Assembly: GCA_023717525.1 (NCBI GenBank)
Contig: JAMQPK010000235.1
Coordinates: 28,427 to 92,426, forward strand
Reading direction: 5' to 3'
DNA: 64,000 nucleotides
From: Vicinamibacterales bacterium
GTDB taxonomy: Bacteria > Acidobacteriota > Vicinamibacteria > Vicinamibacterales > JAMQPK01
Part shown: positions 40,009 to 48,912 of the stretch, in pieces
Position numbering within the stretch: position 1 is the stretch's first letter
How the letters are laid out: each line of letters begins with the position of its first letter
Made by a program: the position numbers and the translations under genes
The notes under the pieces: model-generated
Told to the model about the DNA's origin: nothing
Database searches by the model: none
What the model saw: only the letters and a program-made list of their open reading frames with translations

Positions 40009-40770
40009 ATGCGGCATGCCGGGATTTCTGCGGCGGTTCTGATCGCGATTCCTGTCTTCCTCGCGAGTGGCGCTGCGCAGCAGCCCTACGCGCCCAAACA
40101 AAGCGATCGGCCTGAGGTACTGGCGCAGGACGAACCGGGCTTTCAGCCGATTTTTGACGGCCGGACGCTGGCAGGGTGGGAAGGCAATCCGACGTATTGG
40201 CGAGCCGAGAATGGGGTCCTGGTGGGCGAGATTACACCGGCGACCGTGATCAAGAGCAACACCTTCATCATCTGGCGCGGCGGCCGGCCGAAAGACTTCG
40301 AGTTGAAGCTCGACTTCCGCATCACTGAAACCGGGAACAGCGGGATCAATTATCGCAGCGCGGTTGTGCCCGATACCGTCACCCCGGACAATAAGTTCGC
40401 GATGCGCGGCTATCAGTTCGATATCGACGGCAGAAAGATGTACACAGGAAACAACTACGAAGAGAAGGGCCGCTTGTTTCTCGCCGTGCGCGGTCAGATG
40501 ACGCACGTGGTGGGAGGTCGACCGCCCGTCGTGCTGTCCTCCTTTGCCGAATCCGCAGAACTCGGCAAGCTCGTCACCGACGACTGGAATTCCGCTTACT
40601 TGATTGTGCGGGGGAATTCAGCGACGCACATCCTGAACGGCCGCTTGATGTGCGTCACCGTCGACGACGACGCGCCGAATCGGCCGGCTGACGGATTCAT
40701 TGGCATGCAAGTGCACGTCGGCCCGCCGATGAAGATCGAGTACCGGAATATCCGCCTGAAGAATTGGTAG
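40009..40770 (+). CDS. DUF1080 (3-keto-disaccharide hydrolase family) protein, secreted
   Basis: FQPIFDGRTLAGWEG..., NSGINYRS, GYQFDID, MQVH...IEYRNIRLK, the characteristic family pattern. Confidence 0.82.
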   Translation: MRHAGISAAVLIAIPVFLASGAAQQPYAPKQSDRPEVLAQDEPGFQPIFDGRTLAGWEGNPTYWRAENGVLVGEITPATVIKSNTFIIWRGGRPKDFELKLDFRITETGNSGINYRSAVVPDTVTPDNKFAMRGYQFDIDGRKMYTGNNYEEKGRLFLAVRGQMTHVVGGRPPVVLSSFAESAELGKLVTDDWNSAYLIVRGNSATHILNGRLMCVTVDDDAPNRPADGFIGMQVHVGPPMKIEYRNIRLKNW

Positions 40771-40774
40771 AGAA

Positions 40775-40859
40775 GGTTCTAAGGTTCTAGCGTTCTAGGG
40801 TTCTACGGTTCTTGGAACACTAGAACCATAGAACCCTAGAACGCTAGAACGCTAGAACC
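40775..40859. repeat. 8-bp periodic inverted array (GGTTCTAG/CTAGAACC family), strong hairpin
   Basis: Left arm 40784-40811 pairs with right arm 40823-40850 at 27 of 28 positions. After a 2-nt mismatch, 7 more pairs (40775-40781 / 40853-40859). 11-nt loop. Confidence 0.88.
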
Positions 40860-40866
40860 CTGGAAT

Positions 40867-43800
40867 TTAGTGCTTCTTGCGCAGTCCCGGCAGGCCTTCT
40901 TCAAACAGCGTGTAGACCGTCGGCACGAACACCAGCGTGATGAACGTCGACGTCAGGAGCCCGCCAATGACGACGCGCGCCAGCGGCACCTGCAGTTCGC
41001 TGCCTTCACCGATGCCGAGCGCCATGGGCACCATGCCCAGCATGCACGCAAGCGATGTCATCAGGATTGGGCGAAGCCGCGTGCGACCGGCCACTTCGAC
41101 GGCTTCGCGTAGCGCCATCTTGTCGCGGCGCCTCAACACGTTGGTGTAGTCGACGAGCAGAATTGCATTGCTGACGACGATGCCACCCAGCATGATGACG
41201 CCGAGATACGCCTGCAGGTTGAACGACGTGTTGGTCAGATAGAGTGCCAGCACGACACCGATGGCTGCCGTGGGCACCGAGAACATGATGATGAACGGAT
41301 CGCGAAGCGACTCGTACTGCGAGGCCATGACGGCATAGACGAGGATCAGGGCCAGGATCAGCACCATCCGGAGCTCATTGAATGCTTTCGCCTGCTGCTC
41401 GACCTCCGCACCGAATCCGACGCTGAACCCCTGTGGCCGCGACAACTGAGGCAGGCGATCGTTCACCGCGCCGACGGCCTGGCTGAGAGACACTTCAGGA
41501 TCGGCGCTGACTGTGATGAGGCGCTCCTGATTCTTGCGATCGATCTGCGCAGGGCCGAGTTGCGACTGGATTTTCATCAGGTTCTTGGCAGGCAGTGACA
41601 CGCCAGACTGCGTTGTCACCATGACGTCATCAACGTCGCCGACATACTGCCGATCTTCTTCGCGCAGGCGAACCACGATGGGGTATTCAAACCCGCCCTG
41701 GCGGAACTGTGCGGCAATCGTGCCACCGACGTTCGTCCGGATGGTGTTCGCCACCTGTGTGGTATTCAGGCCGAAGAGCGCAGCCTTCGGGCGATCGACC
41801 TGGACGGCCAGTTCGGGGCGCGCATCGTCGCGGCTGAGCCGTGGATCGGCCACGCCCGGCGTCGTCTGAAGCAGGTCCATCACGTCCTGGGCGATGCGTC
41901 GCGATTCGGTCAGATCTTCGCCCCGGATTTCAACCGACATGCGGCCTCCGCCGTTGCCGACGCCGCCCGACATCAATCGATCGATCTGGTTGTTGCCGCC
42001 GCTGGCGTTCGCGCGGACGATGACGCCCGGAATGCCGGTCAGCTGACGCCGCAAGTCGTATGCGATCTGCTCGCTGGATCGCTTTCGTTCGTCTTTGGGC
42101 TTCAGGAACATGGTCAGGAAGCCGCGGGCCGTGCCTCCACCGCCAAACCCGCCGCCGCCACCACCGCCGCCGCCGCCGGACTGACCCGCGCTGGCGATGA
42201 CGGTTACGGCTTCCGGCACGAGCTCCTTCACGCTTTGTTCGAGGCGCGACATGATCGCATCGGTGCGCTCGATGCGCGTGCCTGGCGCGAGCTCGGCCGA
42301 CAGCTGAATGACGCCCTCATCGGTCTGCGGCGCCAGCTCGGTGTTCAGAAGCGGGAACATCAGCACGGCCGCGACCACCGACAACACGCCGACGCCGATG
42401 ACGATTGGGCGGTGGTTGAGCGCCGAATGCAGGAACCGCTTGTAGAGGTCGTCCATGCCTTCGAGAAAATTTTCGCTCGCGGTGAAGATCTTTCCGCCAA
42501 GGCCTTTGCGCTCCTCGGGGGGCGGGGGCAGCTTCAGGAGGTTCGCGCACAGCACCGGCACCAGCGTGACGGCGACGAGCAGCGACATCAGCAGCGAAAA
42601 GATGACGACCACCGACAACTGGCGGAAGAGGATGCTCGAGATGCCGGTCAGGAAGAGCAGGGGCACAAAGACGGCGATGTGCGTCAGGATCGACGCAACG
42701 ATGGCCGACCAGACTTCCTCGCTGCCCTCAACGGCGGCGGTCACGCGGTCCTTGCCGTGTTCCATGTGCCTGAACGCGTTTTCGAGCACGACGATCGAAG
42801 CGTCGACCACCATGCCGATGCCGAGCGCAAGTCCTCCGAACGTCATGACGTTCAGGGTGAATCCGGCGAAGTACAGCAGGGCGAACGTGCCGATCACCGA
42901 GATCGGGATCGACGTGCACACGATGAGCGTCGAGCGGAAGCTGCGCAGGAACGCAAAGATGATGAGCGTGACCAGCAGCGATCCGAGCAACGCGTGCTCC
43001 TGCACCGAGCTGATCGAGCGGCGGATGTACACCGAGCTGTCGTCGAGTACCGTGACCTTGATGTTGGGCATTTCGACGTTGATGCGGGCGACTTCTGCCT
43101 TCACGGCCTCGGCAATCTCGACCGTGTTCGTGCCGGATTGCTTCTGCACCTGCATGCGGACGCCGGCCTTGCCGTTGATACGCAAGAGCGATCGGACGTC
43201 TTCGGTCGTGTCCTTGACCTCAGCCACGTCGCGCAGGTAGATCGGCACGCCGTTCCGGGTCATCACGACCATGTTGCGGATCTCGTCCAGGTTCTGGAAC
43301 TGAGCCTGGCTGCGCAGCAGATACGTGCGCTCGCCCTGGAAGACCTCGCCGAGCGGCGTATTCTGATTCTCCGAGCGGAGGAGCAGGTTAATACGTTCGA
43401 CGGGCAGATCGAGCGCCGCGACTTTTTCTTTCGAGAGTTCGACGTGAATCTGGCGGCGTAGTCCGCCACCGGTCGTAACCGAGGCGACCCCGCTGACGCG
43501 CTCGAGACGCGGGCTCAACTGGTTCTCGCCGATTTCCCTCAGTGTGACGCGGTCATAGTCGCCTTCGATGCCGAGGCTCATGATCGGCTGCGCGTTGGAG
43601 TCCTGGCGGAAGATCGTGAGTGCCTCAGCCTCGAGCGGCAAGCGGCCGCGCACGCGGTCGAGACGCGTCCGCAGGTCGTCCATCGCCTCGTTGAGGTCGG
43701 TGCCCCAGGTGAACGAGAGGCGGACGATGCTCGAGCCTTCCTGCGACGTAGAGTTCACCTGCTCGAGGCCGGCGACGGCGCTGACGGCCTGCTCGATAGG

Positions 43801-43995
43801 CCTCGTCAGGATCTGTTCGATTTCCTGGGGCCCGACACCCGGATAGCCCACGCGAACCGTCACGGTTGGGTACGTCACGTCGGGCAGCAGGTCGACCGGG
43901 AGGCGCGTCAGTGAAATGCCGCCGAGCAGAATGATCACGGCGCTGATCATGAACATCGTAACGGGGCGTTTGATCGCAGTGGCTGGAATGCTCAT
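40867..43995 (-). CDS. RND efflux transporter permease (AcrB/HAE1-like)
   Basis: 1042 aa, 12-TM architecture. N-terminus IKRPVTMFMISAVIILLGGISL. Typical conserved TM4/TM10 regions. Unusual SGGGGGGGGGGFGGGG run in a periplasmic loop. Confidence 0.93.
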   Translation of the reverse strand: MSIPATAIKRPVTMFMISAVIILLGGISLTRLPVDLLPDVTYPTVTVRVGYPGVGPQEIEQILTRPIEQAVSAVAGLEQVNSTSQEGSSIVRLSFTWGTDLNEAMDDLRTRLDRVRGRLPLEAEALTIFRQDSNAQPIMSLGIEGDYDRVTLREIGENQLSPRLERVSGVASVTTGGGLRRQIHVELSKEKVAALDLPVERINLLLRSENQNTPLGEVFQGERTYLLRSQAQFQNLDEIRNMVVMTRNGVPIYLRDVAEVKDTTEDVRSLLRINGKAGVRMQVQKQSGTNTVEIAEAVKAEVARINVEMPNIKVTVLDDSSVYIRRSISSVQEHALLGSLLVTLIIFAFLRSFRSTLIVCTSIPISVIGTFALLYFAGFTLNVMTFGGLALGIGMVVDASIVVLENAFRHMEHGKDRVTAAVEGSEEVWSAIVASILTHIAVFVPLLFLTGISSILFRQLSVVVIFSLLMSLLVAVTLVPVLCANLLKLPPPPEERKGLGGKIFTASENFLEGMDDLYKRFLHSALNHRPIVIGVGVLSVVAAVLMFPLLNTELAPQTDEGVIQLSAELAPGTRIERTDAIMSRLEQSVKELVPEAVTVIASAGQSGGGGGGGGGGFGGGGTARGFLTMFLKPKDERKRSSEQIAYDLRRQLTGIPGVIVRANASGGNNQIDRLMSGGVGNGGGRMSVEIRGEDLTESRRIAQDVMDLLQTTPGVADPRLSRDDARPELAVQVDRPKAALFGLNTTQVANTIRTNVGGTIAAQFRQGGFEYPIVVRLREEDRQYVGDVDDVMVTTQSGVSLPAKNLMKIQSQLGPAQIDRKNQERLITVSADPEVSLSQAVGAVNDRLPQLSRPQGFSVGFGAEVEQQAKAFNELRMVLILALILVYAVMASQYESLRDPFIIMFSVPTAAIGVVLALYLTNTSFNLQAYLGVIMLGGIVVSNAILLVDYTNVLRRRDKMALREAVEVAGRTRLRPILMTSLACMLGMVPMALGIGEGSELQVPLARVVIGGLLTSTFITLVFVPTVYTLFEEGLPGLRKKH

Positions 43996-44015
43996 GGGGC
44001 CTCGATGTAACTAGT

Positions 44016-44061
44016 GAGCCAGAGAACTGGAGAACCTTAGAACCGTAAAAACTATGGAACC
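44016..44061. repeat. one-armed 8-bp periodic array (NNTAGAAC-type words) at the adaptor/RND junction
   Basis: gagccaga gaactgga gaacctta gaaccgta aaaactat ggaacc. Runs into the last codons and stop (44052-44054) of the adaptor gene. Confidence 0.6.
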
Positions 44062-45494
44062 GGGGCGCCGCGTCTTCCGCCCCGACTGCCTTCGCCGCCA
44101 GGCGCTCCCTGAGGCTGAATATTCGGCTGATTGCTCTGGCTGGCGCTCGGCGGAGCCGGCGCGCTTCCGCCCTGGCCCTCGCCCGCGTCTGCCGTGGCCG
44201 CACCACCGCCTCGACGACCGCCACGTCCGCCAGCTCGCGCACCACCGCGCGCCCCGGCAAGCACGACACGGTCGCCCTCACGCAGGGCCGCGGCGCCTGT
44301 CGAAATAATCTTCTGGCCTTCCTGGAGGCCAACAAGCACTTCCGTGACGTCCTGGTGCTCGATGCCGGTCGTCACGCCATGGAACTTGGCGGTTTCACCA
44401 TCGGCGATGAAGACGCCAATTTTTCCGGAGACGTCGACGATCGCGAGCGTCGGCACGGTCAAGGTCTTCTCGTGTTTTTCCACCGTGAACGTCGCTCGCG
44501 CGTACATGCCCGGCTTCAATCGGAACGTCTGGTTCGGAACCTCGATCTCCACCTGCGCCGTGCGCGTTGCCGGATCCAGGATCGGAGCCACGCGGGCCAC
44601 GCGGCCGGTGAACGTCTCGCCTGGGTACGCATCGACTTCGATGCTGACCGTCGTGCCCGGGCTGATTCGCCGAAGGTCTCGTTCGACGACGTTGATCACC
44701 AGGCGGACAGTGCGAATGTCAACGACCGAAATAAACGAGGTGTTGGCGTTCACGCTGGCGCCGGGGTCCAGTGTGCGCTTGCCGATAAAACCCTCGACAG
44801 GCGCGGCGATGACGGTGTTGGACAGGTTGATCTTCAGTTCATCGAGGCGCGCTCTGGATTGCTCCATCTGCGCGACGGCGAGATCGAGCTGAGCTTGTGC
44901 CGCCTGGTAGCGCGAGTCGGTGTCGTCGAAGGTCTGGCGGGGCAGAAGGTCGCGCTCGAGCAGGCTGCGCGATCGTTCGAGGTTGTTGAGCGCCAGTTTA
45001 AGGTCGGCCTGACGCTGGCGAATCGAGGCCTGCGCAACGCCGTACGACGCTTCGGCCTGTTTGACCTGCTCCTGTATTTCGCGGTCTTCGATCTTCGCGA
45101 TCCGCTGACCCATGCGGACGTGATCGCCCATCTTCACGTACACGTCCTCGAGGCGCCCTGCAGCCCTCGGCACGGCGTCGACCGTGGCGGCGCCAATGAG
45201 GTTGCCGACGACCGTCACGGTGTCGATCATGTCCGCGCGCGTCACCGAGGCCATCTCAATCGTGAGAGGCGGTCGAGGTCCGCCGCCGAACCCGCGGCCA
45301 CCGCCGCCAAATCCGCCGCCGCCGAAGCCCCCACCACCGCCAGTGTCCGGACGAGCCTGCCGGCCGCCGCGTCCGCCGCCGGCTGCACCGGGATCCTGCG
45401 CCGATGCGCTCTCGACGCGATCGCCGGTGAAGTAATAAGCCGCCGCGCCGCCGGCAATGACGACGATCGCGGCGATGATTCCGTATTTGCGCAT
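44052..45494 (-). CDS. RND efflux periplasmic adaptor subunit (MFP) with Gly/Arg-rich N-proximal and C-terminal extensions
   Basis: TM anchor, then GGGRGGRQARPDTGGGGGFGGGGFGGGGRGFGGG. Canonical lipoyl, hairpin and barrel regions (...RIAKIEDREIQ..., ...VIAAPVEGFIG...). C-terminal RGG-rich tail. Confidence 0.88.
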   Translation of the reverse strand: MRKYGIIAAIVVIAGGAAAYYFTGDRVESASAQDPGAAGGGRGGRQARPDTGGGGGFGGGGFGGGGRGFGGGPRPPLTIEMASVTRADMIDTVTVVGNLIGAATVDAVPRAAGRLEDVYVKMGDHVRMGQRIAKIEDREIQEQVKQAEASYGVAQASIRQRQADLKLALNNLERSRSLLERDLLPRQTFDDTDSRYQAAQAQLDLAVAQMEQSRARLDELKINLSNTVIAAPVEGFIGKRTLDPGASVNANTSFISVVDIRTVRLVINVVERDLRRISPGTTVSIEVDAYPGETFTGRVARVAPILDPATRTAQVEIEVPNQTFRLKPGMYARATFTVEKHEKTLTVPTLAIVDVSGKIGVFIADGETAKFHGVTTGIEHQDVTEVLVGLQEGQKIISTGAAALREGDRVVLAGARGGARAGGRGGRRGGGAATADAGEGQGGSAPAPPSASQSNQPNIQPQGAPGGEGSRGGRRGAPVP

Positions 45495-45514
45495 AGTTAC
45501 CGAGGGCCTCTCTC

Positions 45515-47173
45515 TTAACGCGCGCCGGCCTGCTGCACGCGGTCGTACTCGACAAGGGACTTGCGATAGTTCAGCAGCGCGCGCAACTCCGAGTTCTGCG
45601 CGTCGCGCAGGTCGCGCTGCATCTGCACCACTTGATAGTTAGTTGACATCCCGACTTCGAACCGGCTCATTTCCGCATCGAGGCGCCGCTGCGACAGGTC
45701 GCGTGCCGCCCGGGCCGCCGCCAGCGATTCGGTGCTGTTGGTGACCTGCAGCGCGGCGTTGGTCACCTCGGTGGCAACCGTCAATTCGGAGGCACGAATC
45801 TGCGCCTGATTCTGCTGAAGCAGCAGACGCGTCCGCGCGGCCTGGGCTTCGGCGGTGTTGCCGCCGATCGGGTAGCTGATGTTGACCGCAAGATTCCAGT
45901 TGGGGTAATCACGGCCGAACAACGTGCCCAGGGCGTTGGAATACCCTCCATCAACGAGGACTCCCGTCCGCACGCGATCGAGCCCGGTCGAATTGAAGGC
46001 GTACTGCGTGCCTCCAAGACCGGAGGCACCGTAGGACACGACAGCATCAATATCGGGGAGAGATTGGTCGCGCTGCGATTTCAGCACGACGCTATTGCTG
46101 TTGAAATTGTTCCTGGCGATCTGCAAGTCGGTGCGTTGCTGCAGGGCTGTGCGCACTGCACCCTCGACATCGATGGAGACCGACTGGAAATCAGGCCGGT
46201 CCACGGGATCGATGTGCTGCGTCCAAAGGGGATCGTTCGTCCCACCGACGATAAGCCGCTTCAGCGCGAGCTCCGCGGTGCGCATGAGGGCCAGCGAAAC
46301 AGTGAGCGTTTGTTGACGCGTGGCTTCTTCCGCTTCGGCCTGGACGACGTCCATGGGCGCCATCGTGCCGACTTCTACGCGTACTTTGTTGTCGGATAGC
46401 AGCTTTTGCGCCAGGGTGAGCGACTCGCGGGCGACGTCGACCGCCTGGATGGTGTAGGCGTAGTCCCAGTACGCGCTTCGCACGTTCGCGAGGGTGTTCG
46501 TGGATCGCGCCCTCAAATTCAGGTCGGCGTTGTCGCGATTGATGATCGTCGTCTGCATCTGCTGACGCGTCTGATCGATCTTGAAGCCCCTCATCAGCGG
46601 CTGTGTGTAACTGAACAGGTACGAGCTGTTGTACTGAGGGTCGAACGACGCAATCTTGTCGGTCGGTGAAACGACCTTCGAATTGCTGAAGGCCAGCGCT
46701 GCGACACCGCCGTACCACTGCATGTTCTGGCTGAGGCCCGCGTTGTACGTCATCGTCGATACGCTCGGACTGCCGGGGTTCAGCAAGTTCGACGGTGGCC
46801 GTGTGTTGTCGCGGCGGCCGAACGTGGAGGTCGCCACGGGCTTGTAGTTGGCGCGCAGCGACGCCAGCGTCAGGTCGAAGGTCTGTGGATTCAACCGCTC
46901 GACCGCCAACTCGAGGTTGTTATCGAGGGCGTGCCTCACGGCTTCGTCCAGCGTCATCGGCGTGTTCACGGCACCGACGACGGCAATTGACGGCGACGGA
47001 TCCTGGGCGGCACGCGTCAGGGCCGACGCCCGCAGGTTGTCGTTGTAGCGCTCGACGGCCTGCTTCACGAGATCTTCGGTGCGCAGTTTCTGCTCGGACG
47101 GCGCCTGGGCGAACAGCGCAGCCGACGCGAACAAGACAAACGAAGTAGATGCGACGAACGTTCTGTAACTCAT
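45515..47173 (-). CDS. TolC-family outer membrane efflux protein
   Basis: Signal peptide. Two repeated halves with LTLDEAV..AL.NN..L-type motifs and long helical segments. Confidence 0.88.
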   Translation of the reverse strand: MSYRTFVASTSFVLFASAALFAQAPSEQKLRTEDLVKQAVERYNDNLRASALTRAAQDPSPSIAVVGAVNTPMTLDEAVRHALDNNLELAVERLNPQTFDLTLASLRANYKPVATSTFGRRDNTRPPSNLLNPGSPSVSTMTYNAGLSQNMQWYGGVAALAFSNSKVVSPTDKIASFDPQYNSSYLFSYTQPLMRGFKIDQTRQQMQTTIINRDNADLNLRARSTNTLANVRSAYWDYAYTIQAVDVARESLTLAQKLLSDNKVRVEVGTMAPMDVVQAEAEEATRQQTLTVSLALMRTAELALKRLIVGGTNDPLWTQHIDPVDRPDFQSVSIDVEGAVRTALQQRTDLQIARNNFNSNSVVLKSQRDQSLPDIDAVVSYGASGLGGTQYAFNSTGLDRVRTGVLVDGGYSNALGTLFGRDYPNWNLAVNISYPIGGNTAEAQAARTRLLLQQNQAQIRASELTVATEVTNAALQVTNSTESLAAARAARDLSQRRLDAEMSRFEVGMSTNYQVVQMQRDLRDAQNSELRALLNYRKSLVEYDRVQQAGAR

Positions 47174-47212
47174 TACTCCTGACTCCTCGAAAATGAAAAA
47201 AATCGCGCTGGC

Positions 47213-47677
47213 CTAACGGGAACCGTTCCTGTCGTGGTCGCGATCCCGCTTTGAGATCGCCTGCAGCAGCAGCCGCTGCTCCGGCGTAAGAACGCTATGA
47301 ATACGGACGAGCATGCTCGTCCGCTCTGAGCTCACCTTGAATCGCGCCAACTCCAGCGAATCCGCTGCTCGCAGCAACTCGCGCTCGCTGGCGGCACCCT
47401 GCTTCATCAGTTGGGAAAAATCGCTTTGGGCGCGATCGAAGTCTTCCTTCTGTACCTTCATCCGATCCATTGACGCCTGGAAGATCTTCTCGATGTGTGC
47501 CGTCTGCTCGGCCGTCAGCTTGAGCTCCTGGCGGTACTTCTCGGTCGTCCACCAGCGGGACGGGGGCTTGGCGCTTGGACCGTTCGAAGGGCCTTGAGGC
47601 TTCGGGCCCTGCTGCTGACCTAGTACGGCCACCGAAAAGAGACAGACGAAGATGGAGGCAAAAATTCTCGTAGTCAT
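47213..47677 (-). CDS. periplasmic Spy/CpxP-family (LTXXQ motif) protein
   Basis: Signal peptide. LTAEQ and LTPEQ motifs flank helical segments. Confidence 0.7.
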   Translation of the reverse strand: MTTRIFASIFVCLFSVAVLGQQQGPKPQGPSNGPSAKPPSRWWTTEKYRQELKLTAEQTAHIEKIFQASMDRMKVQKEDFDRAQSDFSQLMKQGAASERELLRAADSLELARFKVSSERTSMLVRIHSVLTPEQRLLLQAISKRDRDHDRNGSR

Positions 47678-47715
47678 GCGTCTAAACCCAAATACGACGG
47701 TCGTATACGGGGTGT

Positions 47716-48912
47716 TTACGATGGTTCAGGGGTATGCCCGCAGAAGGTCGCCAGGTTCCGAACCGTTGCGCCCACCAGATTGTCGGGAGTTGAGGCCCCG
47801 GAAGTCAAACCAATAGAGAGGTTACGGGCTTCCGGCAGCCACCCCTGGCTCCTGACTTCCGCCTTTTCGCCGGCAGGACGGTGGCGGATGACGGCGGGCG
47901 ACTCGAGACACTCGGGATCGGCAATGTGGAATGTCGGCACCCGTTGAGCGCAAATACGGGCGAGGTTGCACGTGTTGCTGCTGTTATACCCGCCAATCAC
48001 GATCATCAAGTCGAGTGTCTGCTCCTTCAGGAGGTTGACGACAGCGTCCTGCCGATCCTGGGTTGCGCTGCAGATGGTGTCGAAAGCCCGGAAACGCACG
48101 CCCATTTCGACTTCTCCAAAGCGATCCAGCATTGCCTGCCGAAAGAGCTCCTGAACCTGCAGCGACTCCGACATCAGCATCGTGGTCTGGTTGGCCAGCC
48201 CCACGCGTTGAAAGTCACGGTCGGGATCGAATCCCGGTGAGACCGCGTTGCGGAAGCGCGCAAGGAATGTCTCCCGGTCGCCGCCGTGCCGAATGTAGTC
48301 GCACACGAGGTTGGTTTCCTCGATATTCAGGACCACCACGAAATGGCCGCGTTTTTCATCGAGTGCCTGAGACGCCGTCGCTTGTGTTTCCTCGTGCCAG
48401 ACCTTGCCGTGAATGATCGACGTGAAGTCATCTTGCGCGTAGCGCTTCACGTTCTTCCAGACGTTCAGCACCGACCCGCACGTCGTGTCGACGAGCACGC
48501 AGCCGAGCCCGACGAATCTCTGCATCTCGCCGGTCGTCACGCCAAACGCGGGCAGGATGACGACATCCTGCGGCCCGAGCGTGCTGCTGTCGACACCGGG
48601 ATCGGACAGAAACTGAATGCCCTTGTCGCGAAGCCGTTCGTTGACGTGAGGGTTATGGATGATCTCGCCCGTCAGAAAAATCCGTCGGTCGGGGAAACGC
48701 TCGCGCGTCTGGTATGCGTAGTCGACCGCGCGGTCCACCCCATAGCAGAACCCGAACTCGCGGGCGAGATGAATCGTGAGCCGCCCGGATCGATAGCTGT
48801 AGCCATCGGCCTTGATTTGCTCGACGAGTTCACTGTGATAGTTGTCGTTCAGCTCGGACGCGACCGCGTGTTTCAGGTCGAGCCCTTTTCGGAAAACGAG
48901 CGAGGAGGTCAT
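47716..48912 (-). CDS. ispH: 4-hydroxy-3-methylbut-2-enyl diphosphate reductase (long form)
   Basis: FGFCYGVDRAV, GEIIHNPHVN, TCGSV, NSSNT motifs. The ATG overlaps the anti-sigma stop (TAATG). Confidence 0.9.
   Translation of the reverse strand: MTSSLVFRKGLDLKHAVASELNDNYHSELVEQIKADGYSYRSGRLTIHLAREFGFCYGVDRAVDYAYQTRERFPDRRIFLTGEIIHNPHVNERLRDKGIQFLSDPGVDSSTLGPQDVVILPAFGVTTGEMQRFVGLGCVLVDTTCGSVLNVWKNVKRYAQDDFTSIIHGKVWHEETQATASQALDEKRGHFVVVLNIEETNLVCDYIRHGGDRETFLARFRNAVSPGFDPDRDFQRVGLANQTTMLMSESLQVQELFRQAMLDRFGEVEMGVRFRAFDTICSATQDRQDAVVNLLKEQTLDLMIVIGGYNSSNTCNLARICAQRVPTFHIADPECLESPAVIRHRPAGEKAEVRSQGWLPEARNLSIGLTSGASTPDNLVGATVRNLATFCGHTPEPS

Noticed and set aside
47692-47706. Inverted repeat ATACGAC-G-GTCGTAT between ispH and the efflux operon as an operator
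   Set aside because: It has only 7-bp arms, and no cognate regulator (for example TetR) is nearby. It could be chance or a weak ispH terminator, so there is not enough support.
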